This document shows, piece after piece, positions 1-11,990 of a stretch of 64,000 bases of DNA. The notes beneath the pieces are model-generated. The model had not been told where the DNA came from. It did no database searches and was given only the letters and a program-made list of their open reading frames with translations. The stretch spans positions 336,430 through 400,429 of the forward strand of contig JAPDFW010000072.1 of assembly GCA_028826165.1 (NCBI GenBank), written 5' to 3'. The stretch's first letter is position 1, and the number at the start of each line of letters is the position of its first letter. A program made the translations under genes and the position numbers. The stretch comes from Anaeramoeba ignava BMAN. Lineage: Eukaryota > Protista > Anaeramoebae.

Positions 1-1056
1 CTTCACGAAGGAAACAAAAGAACATTTGATCTAATCAACCCAGAAAAAAAACGGAAAAAGAGAAAATACAAAAATTCTGGAGTATTACATTTACTTCATT
101 GCGAATTAATTCAAGAATATTCATTTTTAGATTATATCGCTGGAGGATGCGATATATCATTAATTGTAGCAATAGATTTCACAGCATCCAATGGAAATCC
201 TCAGATGCCTAACAGTTTACATTACATGGGAAACCCATACGAGCCTAACGAGTATGTAAAAGCAATCACAGCCGTAGGAGAAATTTTAGCATATTACGAT
301 TCAGACAAGATGTTTCCAGTATATGGATTTGGAGCGAAGATTCCACCACGCGGAGATGTGAGCCATTGCTTCCCATTGAATTTCAATTGGGAGAACGCAG
401 AGGTTCAAGGAGTTGGAGGAATTTTACAATCATATCAATTCGCACTTCAACAAGTCCGATTACACGGACCGACAATATTTGCAAACATCATTCGTGTTGC
501 AGCACAATTTGCAAGCCAACAAGTGACACAACAGAACCAACGATTCTTTATTCTTCTTATTATTACAGACGGTGTTATCAACGACATGGAGGCAACCATT
601 GATGAGATTGTTCGCGCTTCCGTTCTTCCACTTGCAATCGTTATTGTCGGCGTTGGAAATGCTGATTTTTCAAATATGGATGTTCTTGATGCTGATGATG
701 TTCCTTTAAAATCTTCTTGGGGAGAAACTATGCATCGTGATATCGTTAATTTTATCCCTTTTTCTGAGTATAAAAACAAACCAGTTTCCGAACTTGCTAA
801 AGCAACTTTGGAGGAAATTCCTCTCCAATTAACTTCCTTTTTCAAAATGAAAGGAATTGTTCCAAATCAAAGACCTCAAATGCAACAAGTCCAACAAATG
901 CAAACTAATCAACAAATGCCTAACCAACAAATGCCTAACCAACCAATGCAACCAAATCAACAAGTTCAACAAATTCCTCCTCCAAATCAACAAATGACAA
1001 ATCAACAACCTCAACATCAATCTTTCTATCAACCTCCTCCAAATCAAAATAACTAA
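1..1056 (+). CDS. Copine family protein (end of C2B + vWA domain, Q/P/N-rich tail); 5'-truncated by window edge
   Basis: Frame open from base 1: YKNSG...YSFLDYIAGG...VAIDFTASNGNP...SLHY, YDSDKMFPVYGFGA, LHGPTIFA, LLIITDGVIND, IVIVGVGNADF, RDIVNF are copine hallmarks. Confidence 0.95.
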   Translation, partial: LHEGNKRTFDLINPEKKRKKRKYKNSGVLHLLHCELIQEYSFLDYIAGGCDISLIVAIDFTASNGNPQMPNSLHYMGNPYEPNEYVKAITAVGEILAYYDSDKMFPVYGFGAKIPPRGDVSHCFPLNFNWENAEVQGVGGILQSYQFALQQVRLHGPTIFANIIRVAAQFASQQVTQQNQRFFILLIITDGVINDMEATIDEIVRASVLPLAIVIVGVGNADFSNMDVLDADDVPLKSSWGETMHRDIVNFIPFSEYKNKPVSELAKATLEEIPLQLTSFFKMKGIVPNQRPQMQQVQQMQTNQQMPNQQMPNQPMQPNQQVQQIPPPNQQMTNQQPQHQSFYQPPPNQNN

Positions 1057-1310
1057 TTCTTCCCTTTTTTTTCTTTTTGATTTTTCTTTTTCTTTTTCTT
1101 TTTCTTTTTCTCTTTTATTTTTTCTTTCTTTATTTTCATTTTGATTTTGATTTTCATTTTGATTTTCAATTTGCTTTGCTTTGCGAAAAAAAAATTAATT
1201 TTCTTAATTGATTTATTTTGTTTTTTTTGATTTGGATTCTTATTTTTTTTTTATTAAAGGGAAAAATAAAAAAAACAAAAAAAAAATTCCAATTTTTTAA
1301 ATTTTTTGAT

Positions 1311-3763
<2,453 letters not shown>

Positions 3764-4089
3764 TTTAATTTAATTTTAATTTTAATTTTAATTTTAATTT
3801 TAATTTTCGTTTTTTTTTTTAATAATAATAAAAGAATAAAAATTAAAAAAAGGGAGAAAAAAAAAATGATTAAAAAAAAAAGGAGAATTTTAATAATTTT
3901 TTTTTATTTTTTTTTTCATTTTTTTCATTTTTTTTTAAATTTGTAAATAATTTTTATTAAAATAAAAAAAATTTTTTTTTCCTCTTTTTATAAATTATTT
4001 AATTAAGTTTCTCAAGCATTTATTTAACAATTAAATGTTTTATCTTAATCACAACACTTTTATGCAGAATTTCATTTTACATTTATATA

Positions 4090-4780
4090 GAAATATAAAT
4101 CAAATCTAAATATAAATATAAATATAAATATAAATATAAATATAAATCTAAATATAAATATAAATATAAATATAAATATAAATATAAATATAAATATAAA
4201 TATAAATATAAATATAAATATAAATATAAATATAAATATAAATATAAATATAAATCAAAATATAAATATAAATATAAATATAAATATAAATATAAATCTA
4301 AATATAAATATAAATATAAATCTAAATCTAAATCTAAATCTAAATATAAATCTAAATATAAATATAAATCTAAATCTAAATATAAATATAAATATAAATA
4401 TAAATATAAATATAAATATAAATATAAATATAAATATAAATATAAATATAAATATAAATATTAATTTAATTATAAATATAAATTTAATTATAAATATAAA
4501 TATAAATGTAAATGTAAATATAAATATAAATATAAATATAAATATTTAAATATAAATATAAATATAAATATGAATATAAATATAAATATAAATATAAATA
4601 TAAATATAATTATAAATATAAATATAATTATAAATATAAATATAAATATAAATATAAATATAAATGTAAATGTAATTATAAATATAAATATAAATATAAA
4701 TATAAATATAAATATAAATATAAATATTAAAATTAAAATAATATTAAAATTATAATTAAAATTATAATTAAAATTATAAT
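4090..4780. repeat. (TAAATA)n hexamer satellite upstream of the Alba gene
   Basis: Visible array with TAAATC/TAAATG variants. Confidence 0.93.
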
Positions 4781-4784
4781 TAGG

Positions 4785-6097
4785 ATGGAAAAATTTTCAC
4801 TTCAAAGAAAAACCAATCGAACAAGACCACAACCAGGAGAAATTAGAATTTCACCAAGATCAAGAAAAAATTGGATTTTTAGATTAATTTTAAGAAATTT
4901 AGAAAATAGAGACAAAGTGGAAGTAAGAGCAAGAGGTTCAGCTATTCATCATGCTCTTATCATTACAGAAAGAGTTAAACAAGTTATAAAAGATCTACAT
5001 CAAATTGTTGAGATTGGAGTTACTGAATTAAAATCTACATGGATTCCAAGAGAAGAAGGTCTTGATATGTACTTGTCTTCGAATTATTCAAGATTTATAA
5101 ATTAAATTCATTTATAAAATTAAAATTAAAATTAAAATTAAAATTAAAATTCATTTATAAAATTAAAATTAAAAATAAAATTAAATTAAAATTAAAATTA
5201 AAATTAAAATTCATTTATAAAATTCATTTATAAAATTAAAATTAAAATTAAAATTAAAATTAAAATTAAAATTAAAATTAAAATTAATATTAAAATTAAA
5301 ATTCATTTATTAAATTAAAATTAAAATTAAAATTAAAATTCAAATTAAAATTAAAATTAAAATTAAATTAAAATTAAAATTAAAATTAAAATTAAATTAA
5401 AATTAATATTCATTTATAAAATTAAAATTCATTTATAAAATTCATTTATAATATTAATTTTAATATTAAAATCGGATAAAAAATTAAATTGAAAAATAGT
5501 GTGGAAACAACAAAAAGAATCGAATACATCGTGATCCAGCTTTCTAAAACAGCACCCAAAGACACTAACATAGTTGGATATCAAGCACCACCAGGAAAAA
5601 TCTACTCAAGCCAAGACATATCATTTCCACGAAAAGATACAATCCGATCAAATTTCTCCAACAAACCAAATGATCAACAAAGATCAAGATTTTCAAATCA
5701 AAGAAGAAATCCAAGATCCCAAATGCCATTTGGAAATCGGCGAAGACCATTCAACCCACAAAGAGGATTCAGACAACCAATGATGAGACGAACAGGACAA
5801 ATGCCATTCCAATCAAGAAATTCACGTTTCCAAAGACCTCGAAACCCTCGAAACTTTCGAAATCAATTTTCACAAAGAACTCAGCCCTCTAGATCAAGAT
5901 TCCCCCAATCAAATCGTCGCCCTTTTAATCCTCAAAGACAGTTCAATAGACCAAGAGATAATTCAGGTAGATCTTTTAATAGAAATCGCTTGCCTCAAAC
6001 TTTCCCAATGATGGTTGCTTACCCTCCTTTCTACCCACAATTTTCCCCAAGAAGAAACCAATATTTCTCAGGAAGAAGACCTCCTCAAAGAGATTAA
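4785..6097 (+). CDS. Alba-domain (Rpp25/Mdp2-like) nucleic-acid-binding protein with R/Q/F/P-rich tail; intron 5069-5499
   Basis: EIRI...VEVRARGSAIHHALIITERVK...LHQIVEI...WIPREEGLD|IVETTKRIEYIVIQLSK...GYQAP matches eukaryotic Alba; GT-AG phase-2 intron joins the two ORFs. Confidence 0.88.
5095..5490. repeat. (TTAAAA)n satellite in Alba intron
   Basis: Visible array with TTCATTTATAA variant units. Confidence 0.9.
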
Positions 6098-6467
6098 TCG
6101 CAAGCTTGCTTCTTTTTTAATTCTCATTGTCGTTATTTAGCGACTAAACAAAAACCACTTTTTTCTTTTTTTAAAAAATTTTCCAAAAGAAAAAAATCAT
6201 TTTTTTCAATAATAAAAAAACTTCTTCAAAAACTGGAATATTAACAAAATTAATTCTCAATTCAAAATTCCAGTCTCAAAATCAACTTCGCTTTTAATTT
6301 TTTTGATTAATAATTTTAAAAAAATTTTTTTCATTTTTTTTTTTCATTTTTTTTTTTCCTTTTTTTTTTAAAGTTTAACGAATTCAAAATAATTCAAATT
6401 CTTTTGAAATTATTTTTGAAATTAATTTTTCTACAAAATTTACAATTCTTTTCAAAATCAAAAATAA

Positions 6468-9400
6468 ATGAACAAACAAATAAAAAATAAACCAAATTAT
6501 GTTCAAATCAAAAATCAAGAAAAATACATGATCAAATCGATCATCAAAAACAAAACCAACCGCTATTTCGTCTTAAGACACGCAACCGAGGGAACATTAT
6601 CAGTTGTTGTGCCGAAAGGGAAGTGGCGAAACTCGATACTAAATGTGGGGAATTATGTGAGAATTTTCATATCGCCTGAGAATTGCGATTACAAACAAAA
6701 AGAGTATTTTTGTTTAACAAACACAGATATTATGATTGTCGAACCGGATGTGCTAGTGAATGTAACAACGGTTCATCAGAGCGAGTGGTGTTTGCGTAAA
6801 GTGGTTCTGTCTCAAAAATTCCCTAGAAGTTATAATGAGTTAACCGAAGCCACTTTATTAGTCGGAAATATTTTGCATCTCATTTTCCAAAAATTCCTTC
6901 AGTTCGCCTTGATCTCCTGCGACCATTCTCTTCTTGAGAAAATTGTCCGTGAAGTCATCTTGGAGAACTGGGAGTCAATGCTTCTTTCTCCAACAACACA
7001 AGTCAACCAATTAATTTCCGAAATTTTCAAAAGTATCCCCCATTTTTTGGATTGGCGAAAATCCTTTTTTATTGACAGTTCGGAGATCTTGTTTGAATCA
7101 GATCGCTTGGTTCGCTTCAAATGCCTGAATTTGCTCAGCTCAGAAGAGTCTGTTTGGTCTCCTTTGTTGGGATTGAAAGGTCGACTTGATGCTGTAATTG
7201 AGACGTTATTTTTCCCGAATCTGTCAAATCAAATACAAAATTCCGATCAGATCCAAAAAAACCCTTTTTTGAGTTCCGAAGAGAAGGAACAATCCCAACA
7301 GCAAATCGCTATTCTTCCTTTGGAACTCAAAAACTCCACAAAAATGAACGCTTCGTCTCACTTGGCTCAAGTCGTTCTTTATCTGCAGCTCTTAAAAAAC
7401 CGTTATCTTCAGGATATCCCTTGTGGTCTTCTTCATTACCTCCCTCTAAAACCCCAGCAATCTATGCTTGGAGTGGAACATAATCAACATGTTCTTGTCG
7501 ATCTCATGATCCAAAGAAATAAGATTGTTGATTCTTTCAAACAAAACCATTTGCCAGATTTCGATGATCCTTCAAGATTCAAATGCCAAAAATGTGGATT
7601 TCGTAAAATTTGTGGGATTTTTGAACAACTTGACCACGATCCATTTACACAACCTCAATTTGATTTAACATCTTCTCAAGAATTACTTTCTCAGAACCAC
7701 GTTAACTTTCTTAAGAAATGGAATCGGTTGATCAATCTTGAGGAAAATGAACTCATCTCAACTCAACAGAACATTTGGATCCAAAAGAGAAGTGAACGAG
7801 AAAGTTTGGGGTTAACAATAACAAGATTATCACTGATTCAAGACTCTGTTTCGACACGATTCACATGGATTTATAAGTTCTATAGAGCTCCCGATCCAAA
7901 AATGAATTCAAAAGGGAAAAAACAGGAATCTTTATTAAAAATGGATCATTTTTCTGAAGGAACTCGAGTAATAATATCCGAAGATTTTTTGGAAGATGAA
8001 GAGTTTTCCAAATTTTACTCAAATAAAATTGGTATTTGTGAAGGATATATTGTTGCTCTTTCTCGTTATACTATTGAAATTGAAGTTCATCAAAGAATTT
8101 TTTGGCTTGACAAGAAAAATCAACAAGAAAATCAGTTTTGGAGATTGGATTGTTCAGAACATACTCATTCTCTTTCTCTTGCTAGAGATAATTTGTTCAA
8201 ATTATTTTCAGAACCTTCTAATTTAGGTCTTCGTGAAATGGTTGTTGATCTTAATTCTCCTCAATTTATGAATGAAAACAAAACAAATATAAATAATCTA
8301 TTCAAAAATAATCAAAATCAATTAATTTTAAATCAACTTCAAGAAAGCTCACTGAAAAATCAATTCCAAATAAATTCTTTATTAAATTCAAATCCAAAAC
8401 CAAATTTAAATTTATCAAATTCACTAAATAATAATAACAATCAATTAGAAACAAAATATCAAGAAAAATCTCCACAAATTAAATTGATTCCATTGAATTT
8501 CCATAATTCAAATCAAAATTTAAATTCAAATTTAAATTCAAATTCAAATCAAAATTTAAATCAAAAATTAAATCAAAATCTAAATTTAAATCTAAATTCA
8601 AATTCAAATCAAAATTCAAATTCAAACCAAAATTCAAATCAAAATTCAAATTCAAATTCAAATTCAAATCAAAATTCAAATCAAAATTTAAATTCAAATT
8701 TAAATCAAAATTTAAATCAAAATTCAAATCAAAATTCAAAATTAAATTCAAACCAAAATCAAAATTCAAATCAAAATTTAAATTTAAATCGATTTAAAAG
8801 TTTCTCACCTTTAACAATAAAGATAAACCAAAATTTAAATCAAAACAAGAATATGTTACCTTTAACTCCTCTCAAACTCAATCCTTTATTTAATCAAAAT
8901 TCAAATTCAAATTCAAATTCAAATTCAAATTCAAATCAAAAGAAATTTAATCCTCAACCTTTAACAAAATTAAAGCTCAAACCTTTACTAAATTTAAATC
9001 AAAACCAAAATCAAACTTTAAATTTAAATTCAAATCCAAAACCAAATTCAAATTCAAATCAAAATTTAAATTTAAATTTAAATTTATCAAATTCAAAACA
9101 AAATTTAAATTTAAATTTATCAAATTCAAAACCAAATTTAAATTTAAATTTATCAAATTCAAAACAAAATTTAAATTTAAATTTATCAAATTCAAATCCA
9201 AATTCAAATCAAAATCAAAATTTAAATTTAAATTTATCAAATTCAAAACAAAATTCAAATTCAAAACCAAATTCAAATTCAAAACAAAATTTAAATTTAA
9301 ATTCAAATTCAAAACAAATAAATCCTTTAAATCAATTAGAAACAAAATATCAAGAAAAATCTCCACAAATTAAATTGATTAAATTGAATTTTCATAATTC

Positions 9401-11933
9401 AAATTCAAATTCAAATTCAAATTCAAATTCAAATTCAAATTCAAATTCAAATTCAAATTTAAATTCAAATTCAAATTCAAATAAAAATTCAAATTTATAT
9501 CAAAATTCAAATTCAAATTCAAATTCAAATTCAAATTCAAATTCAAATTCAAATTCAAATTCAAATTTATATCAAAATTCAAATTCAAATTCAAATTCAA
9601 ATAAAAATTTAAAGTTATATCAAAAAATCGATCTCGAATTGGAAAATTTAAAAAAAGAACAAACACTGCTTAATTTATCACAAAAAAGAATTGAAAAATT
9701 ATCAAAGTTTCTGAACGAAGATCAACTAGAAGCAATCAAAAAAGTTCTCTTATCACAAAACTACACATTAATATTAGGATTCCCAGGAACAGGAAAAACA
9801 ACACTAATATCTGAATTAATAAAAATTCTCATTTCAAACAATAAATCTGTTCTTCTTTCTGCATTTACTAATATTGCAGTTGATAATGTTCTTCTCAAAA
9901 TCAAAGATTTTTTCCAAAAACATTCAACAAAATTCATTCGAATTGGAAGTTCACAACGAACCCACAAAGAAATATACGAATTCACACTTGAAAACATGGT
10001 GAAATCAATGGATCCAGAAAATATTGAAGAATCATTTGTAATAAACTTCCGAGAAAACCTTGAAAAAATCCAACTTGTGGCAACAACAACATCTGGAATG
10101 AATCATAATTTTTTTCGAACAAGAAAATCACATTTTGATTTCTGCATCATTGATGAAGCAAGCCAAGTCTCTGTTCCCAACACAATAGGACCGCTACTTT
10201 ATGCAGAGAAATTTGTTCTTGTTGGGGATCAAAATCAACTCCCTCCGCTTGTGATTAATCCGATTGCAAGAGCAGAGGGATTATCAACGAGTCTTTTTGA
10301 AACTCTTTATGTTCATCATCCAGAATCAAGTGTTTCTCTCACAACCCAATATCGGATGAACCAAGAAATCATGTCTGTTGCAAATGAACTATTTTACAAC
10401 CACAAACTAAGGTGTCCGAATAGTTTAATTTCGTCTGCTAAATTATCCCTCAATTTCTCTTCTCAAATCCTGTCAACTTTTTTCAATCCAAAAATTCCGT
10501 TAGAAATTTTAAAAGCAATTGATCCTGATCTTCCCGTTTTATTTATTGACACACAAAAGGATTCTTCATTTCGAGAAACTCATGATTCAGGCTCCCTTTA
10601 TAACATAAAAGAAGCTGAATTAACTCTTGGTATTTTGAATGCATTTGCCATTTCGGGACTTTCTGGTTCTGATATTGGAGTTATTTCTCCTTATAATGCC
10701 CAAGTCAAAATTCTTAAGCATATGATTAAGTCTTCCAAATCTCAAAATCTTATCAAAAGTCAATCTTCAAATTCTTCTCCTTCTCTTATTAATTCTTCAA
10801 ATGATTTGGATGGTCTTGAAATTCATACTATTGATTCTTATCAAGGAAGAGATAAGGAATGTTTAATTATTACTTTTGTTAGATCAAATGATAGAAAGGA
10901 AATTGGTACTTTAATTCCTGATTGGAGGAGGATTAATGTTGCTTTGACTAGAGCTAAAAAAAAATTGATTATGATTGGTGATTTGAATACTTTGGATAAT
11001 TGTGATTTTATATCAAAATTGGCTAATCTTGTTAGAAAAAATAAATGGGTTTTTGAGATTACAAATTTAGAACCAAATTTACAAGAAAATTTAAATCAAA
11101 TTGAAAATTTAAATCAAAATCAAAATCAAATTCAAATTGAAAATTTAAATCAAATTGAAAATTTAAATCAAAATCAAATTCAAATTGAAAATTTAAATCA
11201 AAACCAAAATCAAATTCAAAATTTAAATCAAATTGAAAATTTAAATCAAAATCAAAATCAAATTCAAATTGAAAATTTAAATCAAAATTTAAATCAAAAT
11301 CAAAATCAAAATCAAAATCAAATTGAAAATTTAAATCAAATTGAAAATTTAAATCAAAATTTATATCAAAATCAAATTGAAAATTTAAATCAAATTGAAA
11401 ATTTAAATCAAAATCAAAATTTAAATCAAAATCAAAATCAAATTCAAATTGAAAATTTAAATCAAAATCAAAATTTAAATCAAAATGAAAATTTAAATCA
11501 AATTCAAAATCAAATTCAAAACCAAAATCAAAATCAAAATCAAATTCAAATTGAAAATTTAAATCAAAACCAAATTCAAATTGAAATTGAAAATTTAAAT
11601 CAAATTGAAAATTTAAATCAAAATCAAAATCAAAATCAAAATCAAAATCAAAATTTAAATCAAAATCAAAATTTAAATCAAAATCAAATTGAAAATTTAA
11701 ATCAAAATCAAATTCAAATTCAAATTGAAAATTTAAATCAAATTGAAAATTTAAATCAAATTGAAAATTTAAATCAAATTGAAAATTTAAATCAAATTGA
11801 AAATCAAAATAAAAATCAAAATGAAAAGGAAAAAAATTTATTAAAAAATTCTGAAACAAGAAAAAGAGAACAAAATTTTAATTCAATTTGTACTTTTTAT
11901 AATGAAAAAAGAAACAAACTTTCTCAAAATTAA
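6468..11933 (+). CDS. DNA2: DNA2 nuclease/helicase with large Asn-rich insertion and NQ/IENL tail
   Basis: EPDVLVNVT..CLRK, GNILHLIFQ, EESVWSPLLGLKGRLD, PLELK, CQKC-x5-C Fe-S ligands, then SF1 helicase motifs GFPGTGKTT, DEASQ, LVGDQNQLPP, QYRM, TIDSYQGRDK, RRINVALTRAK. Confidence 0.93.
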   Translation: MNKQIKNKPNYVQIKNQEKYMIKSIIKNKTNRYFVLRHATEGTLSVVVPKGKWRNSILNVGNYVRIFISPENCDYKQKEYFCLTNTDIMIVEPDVLVNVTTVHQSEWCLRKVVLSQKFPRSYNELTEATLLVGNILHLIFQKFLQFALISCDHSLLEKIVREVILENWESMLLSPTTQVNQLISEIFKSIPHFLDWRKSFFIDSSEILFESDRLVRFKCLNLLSSEESVWSPLLGLKGRLDAVIETLFFPNLSNQIQNSDQIQKNPFLSSEEKEQSQQQIAILPLELKNSTKMNASSHLAQVVLYLQLLKNRYLQDIPCGLLHYLPLKPQQSMLGVEHNQHVLVDLMIQRNKIVDSFKQNHLPDFDDPSRFKCQKCGFRKICGIFEQLDHDPFTQPQFDLTSSQELLSQNHVNFLKKWNRLINLEENELISTQQNIWIQKRSERESLGLTITRLSLIQDSVSTRFTWIYKFYRAPDPKMNSKGKKQESLLKMDHFSEGTRVIISEDFLEDEEFSKFYSNKIGICEGYIVALSRYTIEIEVHQRIFWLDKKNQQENQFWRLDCSEHTHSLSLARDNLFKLFSEPSNLGLREMVVDLNSPQFMNENKTNINNLFKNNQNQLILNQLQESSLKNQFQINSLLNSNPKPNLNLSNSLNNNNNQLETKYQEKSPQIKLIPLNFHNSNQNLNSNLNSNSNQNLNQKLNQNLNLNLNSNSNQNSNSNQNSNQNSNSNSNSNQNSNQNLNSNLNQNLNQNSNQNSKLNSNQNQNSNQNLNLNRFKSFSPLTIKINQNLNQNKNMLPLTPLKLNPLFNQNSNSNSNSNSNSNQKKFNPQPLTKLKLKPLLNLNQNQNQTLNLNSNPKPNSNSNQNLNLNLNLSNSKQNLNLNLSNSKPNLNLNLSNSKQNLNLNLSNSNPNSNQNQNLNLNLSNSKQNSNSKPNSNSKQNLNLNSNSKQINPLNQLETKYQEKSPQIKLIKLNFHNSNSNSNSNSNSNSNSNSNSNLNSNSNSNKNSNLYQNSNSNSNSNSNSNSNSNSNSNLYQNSNSNSNSNKNLKLYQKIDLELENLKKEQTLLNLSQKRIEKLSKFLNEDQLEAIKKVLLSQNYTLILGFPGTGKTTLISELIKILISNNKSVLLSAFTNIAVDNVLLKIKDFFQKHSTKFIRIGSSQRTHKEIYEFTLENMVKSMDPENIEESFVINFRENLEKIQLVATTTSGMNHNFFRTRKSHFDFCIIDEASQVSVPNTIGPLLYAEKFVLVGDQNQLPPLVINPIARAEGLSTSLFETLYVHHPESSVSLTTQYRMNQEIMSVANELFYNHKLRCPNSLISSAKLSLNFSSQILSTFFNPKIPLEILKAIDPDLPVLFIDTQKDSSFRETHDSGSLYNIKEAELTLGILNAFAISGLSGSDIGVISPYNAQVKILKHMIKSSKSQNLIKSQSSNSSPSLINSSNDLDGLEIHTIDSYQGRDKECLIITFVRSNDRKEIGTLIPDWRRINVALTRAKKKLIMIGDLNTLDNCDFISKLANLVRKNKWVFEITNLEPNLQENLNQIENLNQNQNQIQIENLNQIENLNQNQIQIENLNQNQNQIQNLNQIENLNQNQNQIQIENLNQNLNQNQNQNQNQIENLNQIENLNQNLYQNQIENLNQIENLNQNQNLNQNQNQIQIENLNQNQNLNQNENLNQIQNQIQNQNQNQNQIQIENLNQNQIQIEIENLNQIENLNQNQNQNQNQNQNLNQNQNLNQNQIENLNQNQIQIQIENLNQIENLNQIENLNQIENLNQIENQNKNQNEKEKNLLKNSETRKREQNFNSICTFYNEKRNKLSQN

Positions 11934-11990
11934 TTAATTTGTTAATTAGTTAATTAATAAAAAATTTTTCAATTTTTTAATTTTAAAATT

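Noticed and set aside
8270-9620. Intein in DNA2
   Set aside because: No C/S start block, TxxH or terminal HN-C/S/T motifs and no endonuclease; pure low complexity
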